From an uncultured Chloroflexia bacterium (lineage in GTDB: Bacteria; Chloroflexota; Limnocylindria; Limnocylindrales; CSP1-4), in contig CAWBMD010000005.1 of NCBI GenBank assembly GCA_963789865.1, positions 15,465 through 79,464 on the forward strand: a stretch of 64,000 nucleotides of DNA. Reading direction: 5' to 3'. The translations under genes were made by a program, and so were the position numbers. Within the stretch, counting starts at the first letter, position 1. Each line of letters starts with the position of its first letter. The notes under the pieces were generated by a model that saw nothing but the letters and a program-made list of their open reading frames with translations, was not told the DNA's origin and did no database searches. Positions 28,443 to 37,568 of the stretch are shown piece by piece.

Positions 28443-28841
28443 TCAGCGGCCCCCTTCGGACTCGACCTCGTCCGGGCGCAGTGGCCGGAAGCGGAGAGCG
28501 GACCATGTCCCATCGACCGCCACCTGCGTGATCGGCCGCAGCCCGTACGGCGCGATGAGCCGCCACAGCGAGTCCCGGTTGATGTCCGCGCGCCCTCCCT
28601 TCGGGTAGACGACCCAGAGGACCGCCCGCGACGCCAGGTCCTCGAGGTTGGCGTCGAGCGTGGCACGGATCGTGGCCGCGTCGTCGGCGATGGCGATGGC
28701 GACGTCGGCCTCCGCGAGAACCTCCACCAGCGTGACGTCCCCGGGGACCGGCCCCAACAGCGATGCCCGGGACGCGTCCGACACCCACACGGCGGTGCCC
28801 GGTTTGATGAGCAACTTCGAGGCCGTCGTCTTCTCGCTCAT
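28443..28841 (-). CDS. DUF3052-like hypothetical protein
   Basis: MSEKTTASKLLIKPGTAVWVSDASRASLLGPVPGDVTLVEVLAEADVAIAIADD… 132 aa. Confidence 0.6.
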   Translation of the reverse strand: MSEKTTASKLLIKPGTAVWVSDASRASLLGPVPGDVTLVEVLAEADVAIAIADDAATIRATLDANLEDLASRAVLWVVYPKGGRADINRDSLWRLIAPYGLRPITQVAVDGTWSALRFRPLRPDEVESEGGR

Positions 28842-28960
28842 GTCCGGTTCCTCCGTCGGCATCAGGCCGTGCCCGTGCACCGATCGCGCCGAGCCGTGAG
28901 ACGGCCGTTGGTCGTAGGCTACGGCGAAGCACCACGCATCCGCATCCCGGGAGACGACCC

Positions 28961-30035
28961 ATGACCGAGCGCTGCGTCCTCCTCATCGGCACCCCGAAGG
29001 GAGCGTTCCTCCTGGAGGCCGGCACCGATCGCCATGACTGGCGGTTGCGGGGACCCGTGGGCCAGGGCTGGCCCATCCACGACATCTCGGTCGAGCCGGG
29101 CACCAACGCCCTGCTCGCGGGAGGCGGCAGCCCCTGGTGGGGCGCCGCCGTCCTCCGGAGCGAGGACCTCGGGGAGACCTGGACCGCACTCCAGCGAGGG
29201 CCTCAGCTATGGGGACGACGGGCCGAAGATCACCACGGTCTGGAACGTCACCGCCAGCGGAGACGCGATCTACGCTGGCGTCGAGCCGGCCGGCCTGTTC
29301 CGCAGCGTCGACAGGGGGCGAACCTGGACGCACGTCTCCGGGCTCACCGGTCACCCGTCGCGTCCGCAGTGGGTCCCCGGCGCCGGGGGCCTGATCCTAC
29401 ACACCATCGTCCCCCACCCCAGCGACCCGGACCGGATGTGGGTGGGGATCTCCTCCGTCGGCGTGTTCGAGACCCGTGATGGCGGTGCCACATGGTCGAC
29501 CCGCAACCGTGGCGTGCGAGCCGATTTCCACCCCGAGAAGTACCCGGAGTTCGGGCAGTGCGTCCACAAGCTGGTCCAGGCCTCCGACGGGTCCGAGCGC
29601 CTGTACCAACAGAACCATTGCGGTGTCTACCGGTCCAATGACGGGGGTATCTCCTGGGACGAGATCACCGAGGGCCTCCCCACGCAGTTCGGCTTCGTGA
29701 TGGCCGCCCACCCGCGGGACCCGGAGACCGTGTGGACCATCCCGCTGACCGAGCCCGAGTCGGGCCGGCTGATGCCGGGCGCCAGCGCCGCGGTCTGGCG
29801 CACCCACGACGGAGGCGGGACGTGGATCCGCGCCGGCGAGGGGCTGCCCCAGGTCGATGCCCATATCGGCGTGCTGCGGGAGGCCATGGCGGTGGACCGT
29901 CTCGACCCCGTGGGCGTCTACTTCGGCACCAGCACCGGACAGCTGTACGCCAGCGCGGACGAGGGCCGGTCCTGGTCACGGATCGCGGAGAACCTGCCGC
30001 CGATCTGGTCAGTGGAGGCCCTGGTCGTTGGGTGA
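28961..30035 (+). CDS. BNR/Asp-box repeat protein (sialidase / Ycf48-like beta-propeller). One apparent frameshift ~29195.
   Basis: Repeated S-x-D-x-G-x-T-W motifs: SEDLGETWT, SVDRGRTWTHV, TRDGGATWS, SNDGGISWDEI, THDGGGTWIR, SADEGRSWSRI. Confidence 0.8.
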
Positions 30036-30312
30036 GCAGGACCCGCGCCCGGCGGTCGTCCACCTGCCGCGGTCGCTCGTCGCGCTGTTCCCGGACTGCC
30101 CCCGGCGGATCGAGGCGACGGGACCGACGGTCGCGGCGGTGATCGCGGACGTGGACCACCGGATCCCCGGCCTGGCGAATCGGGTGCTGGACGCTGGCCC
30201 CAGCCTGCGCCGCCACCTCAACGTCTTCGTCGCCGGCGAGCGCGCCGGCCTCGACACGCCGGTCCCGCCAGGTGCGGAGGTCCACATCATCCCGGCGGTC
30301 TCAGGAGGCTGA
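30028..30312 (+). CDS. MoaD/ThiS-family ubiquitin-like sulfur-carrier protein (C-terminal Gly-Gly)
   Basis: …VVHLPRSLVALFPDCPRRIEATGPTVAAVIADVDHRIPGLANRVLDAGPSLRRHLNVFVAGERAGLDTPVPPGAEVHIIPAVSGG*, a beta-grasp pattern. TTG start at 30028 overlaps the BNR gene stop (30033-30035); GTG/TTG starts further in are also possible. Confidence 0.7.
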   Translation: MGEQDPRPAVVHLPRSLVALFPDCPRRIEATGPTVAAVIADVDHRIPGLANRVLDAGPSLRRHLNVFVAGERAGLDTPVPPGAEVHIIPAVSGG

Positions 30313-30352
30313 GGCCCCTCCCCGGGATCAGCGGAAGCACACCGCTGGTCGC

Positions 30353-31033
30353 TCAGGGGCGCTCGCGGCCCAGCAGGCCCGCCGCGGCGTCGACGGACGC
30401 CCGCTGCTCGTCGGTCTGGAGATGCGCCCGGTCGTGGCTCGACGCATGGGCGAAGCGCCCGAGCAGCTCAGCGAGGTCCCGGAGGCGTTCCAGCTGCCGT
30501 TCCTCCACATCGCCCCATGACCCTGACGCCGGGCGGCGCGCCAGCAGGGCGAGCAGGTGGTGCAGGCAGAACGGCGCGGCCTCGATTGCCGTGGCCCAGG
30601 CAGGATCGGCGACCTGGGCCGCCAGTCCGTCGAGGAGGCCGTCCGCATTCCGCGCGATCCGCACGCAGGCAGGACAGGCCGGTGCGCGTGCGGCATCAGC
30701 CAGGCGTCTCGACCGGCTCCGCCCCCGGGCGACGTGCGCGGCCTCCAGGTCCCGCAGGCGCGTGAGCAGGGTCGCCCGCAGCAGGATGGCCGCCCCCAGG
30801 GTGCCCGACCTGCGCCTGTCGCTCGCGAGGATGGCACGCGAATGCGTCGCGCAGAACCCGCGAGCGGCATCCAGCGTCGCGCGGAACCCGACGTCGTTGA
30901 CGCTCTCCGCGAGGAGCGACTCGAGATAGGCGGCCTCGCCGCGATCGAGCTCACGGCAGATCGGGCACCCGGGACGCTCGAATGCATCGGCGAGGTGGAT
31001 GTCGGCGCCGGAGCGGGCGGGAAGGCGGGACAT
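30353..31033 (-). CDS. hypothetical protein with an internally duplicated CPxC…FCxH motif (putative Zn/Fe-binding; resembles a DUF-type family)
   Basis: 227 aa. CPICRELDRGEAAYLESLL…GFCATH and CPACVRIARNADGLLDGL…PFCLHH, two homologous half-repeats. Coherent composition; the upstream part of ORF 30353..31597 is Arg-rich junk. Confidence 0.65.
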   Translation of the reverse strand: MSRLPARSGADIHLADAFERPGCPICRELDRGEAAYLESLLAESVNDVGFRATLDAARGFCATHSRAILASDRRRSGTLGAAILLRATLLTRLRDLEAAHVARGRSRSRRLADAARAPACPACVRIARNADGLLDGLAAQVADPAWATAIEAAPFCLHHLLALLARRPASGSWGDVEERQLERLRDLAELLGRFAHASSHDRAHLQTDEQRASVDAAAGLLGRERP

Positions 31034-31269
31034 CCCGTCATGGTCGCCTGTTCTCGGGAAGCCTGCCGGGCGTCGGCGGTGGGGTGGTCCAGGCGGTTCG
31101 GCGGTGTTCGCGGCAGTGCCGGAAGACCCGACGACGGGCGGGTCCGCGGCGACCCTGGCGCTGTCGGTCGCGGCGACGGACCCGGCTGGCGGCAGGACCG
31201 TGACCGTTCGTCCCGGGTCCCCCAGCGCCAGGCGAAACGATCCGTGCTCTCGGGAACCAACAACACACA

Positions 31270-31297
31270 GTACTGGTGGGGGTGTACTGGTGGGGGT
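31270..31297. repeat. perfect 14-nt tandem duplication (gtactggtgggggt x2) inside a ~700-bp gene-free region
   Basis: Read directly from the sequence. Confidence 0.8.
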
Positions 31298-31734
31298 TGC
31301 GCACCCGTCGGATAATGGTGTCCTCTCGTCCTTCCCCCGCGGAGGGCGTCCCGGAGGTAGCCGGTGAAGGCGATGCGAACGGCCATGTGGCCAGGCTCGC
31401 GACGGCGCAGGACCCAGTCGCGCCGGTTGACGGCGAGCGAAGACGCATCGCGCGGTGCCCTGAACCCGGTGACGCGTCCCCGCGCGGGCAATCTCTCGGA
31501 TGAATCCCGCGCCGGCAGGCCCGGGCGGTCGGGGGCGTGAGCCCGACCGCCTCCGCTCGCGGGGCCGGTCGTTCGCCCGGCCCCCGAAGCAACCCATGCC
31601 GGGCCGCCGTCCGAGGGGATGGCGGCCCTTCCGATTCCCGGGACGGCGCGGCCATCGTACGGCCGCGGGCGTTGGCGCATGGCCGCGAGTACCGTCACGT
31701 TCCTCGACGCCCGCCCGGCGCTAGACTCGGCGCC

Positions 31735-32604
31735 ATGACCATGAGCCACGACCAACCCGAAGACATCTCCGACGTCCGGCCGGCGACGCCTGGGGAGGCT
31801 TCCGACGTCCGAGCCATGCACGCGGCCAATCGCGCCGCCTGGGACCAGGCGGCGGAGCGGTACGAGGGCTGGTTCGAGGAGTCGGTCGCGCAGATCCGGG
31901 GAGGAGGCTCCAACCTGTTCCCGCTGGAACATGCCCTGATCGGCGACCTCCGGGGCAGTTGCCGACGCGCGATCCACCTCCAGTGCGCGGGCGGGCGGGA
32001 CAGCCTTTCGCTCTGGAACCTGGGTGCGGCGGAGGTCGTCGGGATCGACTTCAGCCCCCGCATGCTGGACCTCGCCCGCAGGTTGACCGAGGCCACCGGC
32101 GCGCCGGCAACCTGGGTTGAGGCCGATGTGCTGGACGTTCCCCACGACCTCGATGGGACGGCTGACCTGCTGTACACGGGTCGAGGGTCGCTCATCTGGC
32201 TCCAGGACCTCGATGCGTGGGCCGCCGTGCTGCGGCGCCTGCTCGCGCCCGAGGGACGCCTGGTGCTCTTCGAGGGACACCCGGCCGAGTGGCTGTTCAC
32301 CGCTGACGAGGACGGGAACTGGGCACTCACCGATTACGACTACTTCGCGGGACCGGAGGCGTCCCGGGGCTGGGCGCCGGCCTACATCGACCGCCTGTCC
32401 ATCCCCGACGGCGAGCAGCACTGGAAGTTCGCGCGGGCGTGGACCATGGGCGAGATCATCACCGCGCTGGTCCGATCCGGTCTGCGTCTCGACGAGGTCG
32501 CCGAGTACCCGGTGGACTGGTGGGCCGGCCACAGGGACGTGAGTCCCGTGGAACGCGGCCGACTTCCGCTGTCCTTCTCGGTGACCGCGACGCGCGGCGC
32601 CTGA
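31735..32604 (+). CDS. class I SAM-dependent methyltransferase
   Basis: Motif I region RRAIHLQCAGGRDSLSLWNLGAAEVVGIDFSPRML (hh-D/E-hGCG-G), a post-I acidic residue, and ~290 aa length. Confidence 0.8.
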   Translation: MTMSHDQPEDISDVRPATPGEASDVRAMHAANRAAWDQAAERYEGWFEESVAQIRGGGSNLFPLEHALIGDLRGSCRRAIHLQCAGGRDSLSLWNLGAAEVVGIDFSPRMLDLARRLTEATGAPATWVEADVLDVPHDLDGTADLLYTGRGSLIWLQDLDAWAAVLRRLLAPEGRLVLFEGHPAEWLFTADEDGNWALTDYDYFAGPEASRGWAPAYIDRLSIPDGEQHWKFARAWTMGEIITALVRSGLRLDEVAEYPVDWWAGHRDVSPVERGRLPLSFSVTATRGA

Positions 32605-32680
32605 CCCTGACCCGCGGAGCGTCCCGCGCTGGCTCGTCCGCGCGGTTGACGATGCACCGGTCCCGCGCGACCATCGCCGC

Positions 32681-32905
32681 ATGCACGAGGATCGGGACCC
32701 CGCCCGCGGCGGGGAGCCAATGGAGCCGCTGGACGCCCGCGAGGCCGCGAGGGTGCGTCGTCGCGACCACGATCTCGACGCCCGGCGACGGGACCTGATG
32801 CGCCCGGGCATGGGCAAGGTCTTCAAGCAGGTCACCGACTCGTGGTCGGAGAAGCGTCCGCGAGAACGAAAGCACGCTCGGCAGACGACCAAGGACGGCC
32901 ACTGA
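32681..32905 (+). CDS. small basic hydrophilic protein (hypothetical)
   Basis: 74-aa ORF with strong GC3 codon bias (cac gag gat cgg gac ccc gcc cgc…), convergent with a membrane-protein gene. No recognisable family. Confidence 0.35.
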   Translation: MHEDRDPARGGEPMEPLDAREAARVRRRDHDLDARRRDLMRPGMGKVFKQVTDSWSEKRPRERKHARQTTKDGH

Positions 32906-32930
32906 CGACGAGCTGCTCGGCGGAACCGGG

Positions 32931-33425
32931 TCAGCGAGGAGCGACTGCGGTTCCGGCAGGGGGCTGCGCTGCCCCGCGATCTCTCGTCGAGCGCTCCCCG
33001 AAGCGGCCCGGCAGACGCGCCAGGACTGCGAACAGCACTGCGGTCACGCCGAGAACCGCACCGGTGATGGAGGGGAAGTCGCCCGGCGACTTCGTCAGCT
33101 CCCACAGGAGCATTGGGGCGAACGCGATGATGGCGGTCAGGACACGTGCGCGCGGAGAGCGGCGGGCGACGTATTCGATGCCGACCAGGACCAGCAGCAG
33201 GCCTGGCAGGACGTAGATCCAGCGGACGACGAAGAAGACAGCCGCGAACACCACCAGCGGCATCCCATCGACTGTGTCGGGTGGGGTCCACCCAGTGATG
33301 ATCACCTCTGCCGCCACGGCCCCCATGGACACGACCCCGTACGCCAGCAACACCAGGAGCGCATTGGCGAGGACCCGGACGGTCCCGGCGCGCCAGCCAT
33401 AGGGACCGTGATGCGGACTACCCAC
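32931..33425 (-). CDS. integral membrane protein (4 TM), hypothetical
   Basis: VLANALLVLLAYGVVSMGAVAAEVIITGW, MPLVVFAAVFFVVRWIYVLPGLLLVLVGI, VLTAIIAFAPMLLW, ITGAVLGVTAVLFAVLA. Confidence 0.6.
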   Translation of the reverse strand: MGSPHHGPYGWRAGTVRVLANALLVLLAYGVVSMGAVAAEVIITGWTPPDTVDGMPLVVFAAVFFVVRWIYVLPGLLLVLVGIEYVARRSPRARVLTAIIAFAPMLLWELTKSPGDFPSITGAVLGVTAVLFAVLARLPGRFGERSTRDRGAAQPPAGTAVAPR

Positions 33426-33717
33426 GGCTGACCGTCCTCCTCATGGCGTCCAGGTCGACTCTACCCTCGTCGTCGGGCGGGGACCACTGGTCAGACAGAC
33501 GCGCGGCCGAGCGCGTCCGTTTCGCGTCGCGGCCAGCGCCACCCTGGCGCGACCCGCGTGTTCCCCCGCGCAGGGCGAGGATGCGAGATCGGGATGTTGC
33601 GGGCAGTGCCCCATCTCGGCCCGAGCCCTCGCCTTGCGCGAGATCCAGGACCTCGATCTCGCGGTCGGACGGGGAAGCGCGGCGCGGCCCTCGTCACCTC
33701 TGCTAGCGTCGGGGGGA

Positions 33718-34938
33718 ATGCACGGCCCCGAGCCCGCTCCCTCCTACCGCGCTCTGTTCGCGATCCCCACGCTCGGCCGGATCCTCCTGGGCATGACGCT
33801 CAGCCGGATCGGCGGCAGCATGCTGGGCGTCGCGATGGTCCTGTTCACGCTCCAGGAGTTCCATTCACCGGCGCTGGCCGGCCTTGTCACCTTCGCCAGC
33901 GTCGCCCCCGGACTGTTCGTCAGCCCGATCGTGGGGGCGCTGCTGGACCGTCACGGACGGGCGCGCCTGATCATCCTTGACCAGCTGGTCGGGGCGGGCG
34001 CCCTGGCCCTGATCGCGATCCTGGCACTCACGGGCGCCCTCACTCCGACGGTGCTCGTGCTGGTCACGGGCGTCGCCGGCCTCACCGCCCCGCTGAGCTC
34101 CGTCGGCCTGCGGAGCCTCTTCCCTCTGATCGTGCCGAGGCGCCTCTGGGAACGCGTCAACGCCCTCGACTCCAACAGCTACGTCGTCGCCACCCTCGTC
34201 GGCCCGCCCGCGGCCGGGCTGATGGTGGAGGTCGCGGGTGGCCCGCAGGCGCTGATCGTCATCGCCCTCCTGTTCGCGATCTCGGCCGTGGTGTTCGTCG
34301 GCATCGCGGATCCGGCCACGGCGACGGCCTCCACCGGCAAGCTGCTCGTCGACGCCTGGCAGGGTCTCCGCTACACGCTCCGCAACCCGACCCTGCGCGC
34401 GCTTGGCATCTCGCTCGCGATCGTCAACCTCGGCTGGGGGATCGTCTCGATCGTGCTGCCCGTCATGATCCTGGGCGAGATGGGGTTCGGACCCGTGGTC
34501 GTGGGGGTGGTGTTCGCCGTGTCCGGCATCACCGGCGGGATCGGGGCCCTGATCGCCGGCCGCTGGCGGACCCAGGGTCGCGAGCGGCCGATGCTCATCT
34601 GGCCGATGGCAGGCATGGCGGTCTCCACCGCCGCCCTGCTGCTGTCCCCTACCCTGCCGGTCCTCGTGGTCGTCATGGCGATCCAGGGGCTGCTGAACGG
34701 ACCCCTTGACGTTGCATTGTTCACGCTGCGCCAGCGCCGGACCGATCCTGCCTGGATGGGTCGCGCGTTCGCGATCTCCATGGCGATGAACTTCCTGGGC
34801 TACCCGTTCGGGGCGGCCCTCGGCGGCACGCTCGTCGGCATCGGGACGGATCTGGCGATCGCCGTCGCCGTCGCCGTCACCGCGCTCGGCGCGCTTCTCG
34901 CGTGGGCGCTCCTGCCGAGGACGCCCCCGTCGCCCTGA
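33718..34938 (+). CDS. MFS transporter
   Basis: Twelve predicted TM segments, …LLDRHGRARLI… loop motif. Confidence 0.85.
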   Translation: MHGPEPAPSYRALFAIPTLGRILLGMTLSRIGGSMLGVAMVLFTLQEFHSPALAGLVTFASVAPGLFVSPIVGALLDRHGRARLIILDQLVGAGALALIAILALTGALTPTVLVLVTGVAGLTAPLSSVGLRSLFPLIVPRRLWERVNALDSNSYVVATLVGPPAAGLMVEVAGGPQALIVIALLFAISAVVFVGIADPATATASTGKLLVDAWQGLRYTLRNPTLRALGISLAIVNLGWGIVSIVLPVMILGEMGFGPVVVGVVFAVSGITGGIGALIAGRWRTQGRERPMLIWPMAGMAVSTAALLLSPTLPVLVVVMAIQGLLNGPLDVALFTLRQRRTDPAWMGRAFAISMAMNFLGYPFGAALGGTLVGIGTDLAIAVAVAVTALGALLAWALLPRTPPSP

Positions 34939-34944
34939 CGCCCG

Positions 34945-35286
34945 TCAGCGTGGGCCGATCCCCGTGAACTCGCCGTCCGTCCGGCGGAACATCCGCCGGA
35001 CCTCGATCACGCTGGCGGCATCGATGGGGCCGTAGACGTGCGGATAGCGTCGTTCCGGGTCGTCGAAACGCCAGGGGCTGCCCGTCCGGTCCAGGTCCAG
35101 GGTCAGGAGCAGGAAGTCCCGCGGGTCCTCGCGATAGAAGCGGTTGGCAACGACCACCATCTCCGGGTCGCCGTCCGTGCAGTGGATGAAGCCGTCCTCC
35201 GCGTAGGCGGCTGGAAGGTACGGCGACCCCGGGTCGCGCGTCTCCCAGGCCGCCTCCGGGACCAGGTGCAGGGTTGGCCGGGTCAA
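34945..35286 (-). CDS. DUF952 domain protein
   Basis: (L)TRPTLHLVPEAAWETRDPGSPYLPAAYAEDGFIHCTDGDPEMVVVANRFYREDPRDFLLLTLDLDR…YPHVYGPI…. TTG start at 35286 overlaps the stop of the upstream ThDP gene. Confidence 0.7.
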   Translation of the reverse strand: MTRPTLHLVPEAAWETRDPGSPYLPAAYAEDGFIHCTDGDPEMVVVANRFYREDPRDFLLLTLDLDRTGSPWRFDDPERRYPHVYGPIDAASVIEVRRMFRRTDGEFTGIGPR

Positions 35287-37364
35287 AGGGCCCTTTCCGT
35301 CGCAGGCTGGTCCACGCTTGCCCAGCGTCGATCCATGACCAGCTGGATGACCGTCGGACCGGATGCCGCGAGGGCGGTCCGGAGCGCGGGTTCGAAGGCA
35401 GCGTCCGACTCGACCCGCACGCCTCGCGCGCCGCACGCCCGCGCCGCGGCGGCGAAGTCCACCGGCCCGAGGTCGGTGCCGGGTGCGGTGGGGCTCCCCT
35501 GCAGGTCCTGGTGACCGCGGATCATCCCGTAGCGCTCGTTGTCGAACACGACCGCGACGACGTGGGCACCCTCGCGCACCGCCGTCTCGACCTCGGCCAG
35601 AGTCATGCCCATGCCGCCATCCCCCACAAGCGCCACGACGCGTCGCTCGCGATGGACGAGGGCCGCCGCCAGGGCCGCGGGAAACGCGTAGCCCATGGCT
35701 CCCGAGGTCGGGCCGAGGAAGGTGCCGGGCCGGCGAAACCGGAACCCGCGGGCGGCCCAGCCGGCGAATGCTCCCGCGTCCGTGGTCAGGATCGCGTCCT
35801 CGGGCAGCAGGCGCCGGAGGTCGGCGATGATCCGTCCCGGGTGGATCCCCGGCCCGGACCACGTCGCGTCGTCCACGACGGTGGACGCCTCCCAGGCGTC
35901 CCGGTCGAACGCGTTGTTGCGGTCGCGGGCAAGGAGCGGCTCCGCGAGCAGGACGCCGTCCTTGAGGCGCGCGACGGCGGCGCGCAGGAACGCACGCGCA
36001 TCGGCGTTGACGGAACGCACCGGGGCCGGGGTGTCACCCAGGGCTCCCGTCCGCGGCTCGAGGTCCACGTGCATCCAGGGCTGGCCCGCACCAGGAACCG
36101 TGTACTCGAACGTCGTGGGCTGGCTGAGGCGCGATCCCAGCACGAGGATGGCATCCGCGGCCGCGAGGCGGGCACGCACCGGTGCCGGGCTTCCGAAGCC
36201 GGCCATCCCAAGGTACAGCGGGTGGTCGTTTGGGATGACGTCACCGCGCCGCCAGCTGGCGATCACGGGGACATGGAGGAGCTCGGCAAACCGCACGAGA
36301 TCGTTCGAGCACCGGGCCCGAAGGATGCCGGCCCCGGCCAGGATCACCGGGCGCTCCGCCGATGCCAGGAAGTGGAGCACCGCGCGAATGTCCGAGGGCG
36401 ACGGCCCTTCCGGGTGCGGCCGTACGACGGGTGCGCGCGTCCCCTCGGGGATCGGGAGCGCGAGGACGTCCTCCGGAAGGGCGATCAGAGCGGGCCCGGG
36501 CCTACCCTCGAGGACGGCGTGCAGGGCCGTCTCGAGGGTCCCGGCCGCGGTGGCCGGGTCGTCGATCTCGCCTGCCCACTTCGCCAGGCTCCCGATGCCG
36601 CGGACGAGGTCCGACTCCTGGAACGCCTCGCGGCCACGGTGACGCCGCTCGACCTGGCCGACCAGTGCGAACATCGGCGTCGAGTCCGCGGTCGCCGTGT
36701 GGATGCCGATGGCGAGGTTGGACGCACCGACGATGCGCGTGCCGAGACAGACTGCCGGCCTACCCGTCAGCTGGCCATAGGCCTCGGCAGCGAAGGCGGC
36801 GGCACCCTCGTGGCGCGTGGCGACGATACGGATGCCCGCGGCCTCGAGGGCGTCCAACGCCGGCAGGAAGCTCTCGCCGGGCACCGTGAACGCGAGGCGC
36901 ACCCCAGCGCCGCGCAGCGTCGCAGCGATGAGCTCGGCAACGGTCCTCGGCTCCGCGATGGGGGTCTCCGGCTGCGATCCCGCCTCCGCCCCCGCGCCAT
37001 GCTCCGGCTCGGTCGGCAGCCCGGCGCCCGATACCGGTTCCTCCAGGGTCGCGGTCTCTGACGGTGGGGCCTCCTCCGCCTCGGCCGTCTCGATTCCGAC
37101 GGCGGGCTCGGCCGCGTCTCTCTCGGCGAAGGGCTCCGGTTCGGCGGAGTCAACCCGCGTCGGACCCTCGTCGATTGCGGCCACCGCCTCGTCGGCGGGC
37201 TCCGCCTGGACGTCGGGCTCCGGCTGGACGTCGGGCTCCGGCTGGATCACGGGCCCCGGCCCGGCTTCGTCCGCGAGGGCGTCGATGGCCATCTCCGGTT
37301 CGGCCGATGCAGCCTCGGTGGCGGCTGCCTCCGGCTGGGGGTCCTGGTCGAGGTGGGACTGCAT
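35283..37364 (-). CDS. thiamine-diphosphate-dependent enzyme (acetolactate synthase / benzoylformate decarboxylase superfamily) with ~150-aa acidic repeat N-terminal extension
   Basis: N-terminal …QPEPDVQPEPDVQAEPADEA… E/P/A-rich. Catalytic body TVAELIAATLRGAGVRLAFTVPGESFLPALDAL…IVATRHEGAAAFAAEAYGQLTGRPAVCLGT… (Pyr domain) and …ALVGDGGMGMTLAEVETAVREGAHVVAVVFDNERYGMI (ThDP-binding GDG…N motif). Confidence 0.85.
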   Translation of the reverse strand: MQSHLDQDPQPEAAATEAASAEPEMAIDALADEAGPGPVIQPEPDVQPEPDVQAEPADEAVAAIDEGPTRVDSAEPEPFAERDAAEPAVGIETAEAEEAPPSETATLEEPVSGAGLPTEPEHGAGAEAGSQPETPIAEPRTVAELIAATLRGAGVRLAFTVPGESFLPALDALEAAGIRIVATRHEGAAAFAAEAYGQLTGRPAVCLGTRIVGASNLAIGIHTATADSTPMFALVGQVERRHRGREAFQESDLVRGIGSLAKWAGEIDDPATAAGTLETALHAVLEGRPGPALIALPEDVLALPIPEGTRAPVVRPHPEGPSPSDIRAVLHFLASAERPVILAGAGILRARCSNDLVRFAELLHVPVIASWRRGDVIPNDHPLYLGMAGFGSPAPVRARLAAADAILVLGSRLSQPTTFEYTVPGAGQPWMHVDLEPRTGALGDTPAPVRSVNADARAFLRAAVARLKDGVLLAEPLLARDRNNAFDRDAWEASTVVDDATWSGPGIHPGRIIADLRRLLPEDAILTTDAGAFAGWAARGFRFRRPGTFLGPTSGAMGYAFPAALAAALVHRERRVVALVGDGGMGMTLAEVETAVREGAHVVAVVFDNERYGMIRGHQDLQGSPTAPGTDLGPVDFAAAARACGARGVRVESDAAFEPALRTALAASGPTVIQLVMDRRWASVDQPATERAL

Positions 37365-37568
37365 CGCGACCTCCTGTGGCCGGCCGGGACGGCGGTCCGT
37401 CAGGGGCCGGGGCGTGCGAACGGGTGGACGGCGAACGAGCCGCCCTAGCGCGGGGTGATCGTGGTGGCTGACGCCATCATGGCGGCAAGCATGCCTGCGA
37501 TCACGACGACTGCGACAATCGTCATGATCAGTCGAGCATGGCGGGCTCCGGGCATCCTGGACCCTCTC

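Noticed and set aside
30028-30312. Alternative reading of the MoaD-like ORF as a frameshifted C-terminal extension of the BNR protein
   Set aside because: The BNR protein ends at a natural position for its propeller (…IWSVEALVVG). The MoaD-like segment has its own beta-grasp-length sequence and a Gly-Gly terminus, so a separate coupled gene is more plausible. It cannot be excluded without read-level data.
30328-33291. 987-aa minus-strand ORF, the longest in the window
   Set aside because: Extremely Arg/Pro/Gly-rich with no motif. It runs antisense through the well-supported methyltransferase gene. It is a typical high-GC shadow ORF. Only its 3' portion (30353-31033) looks like a real gene.
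35274-37061. 595-aa plus-strand ORF
   Set aside because: Antisense to the ThDP-enzyme gene, with junk composition.
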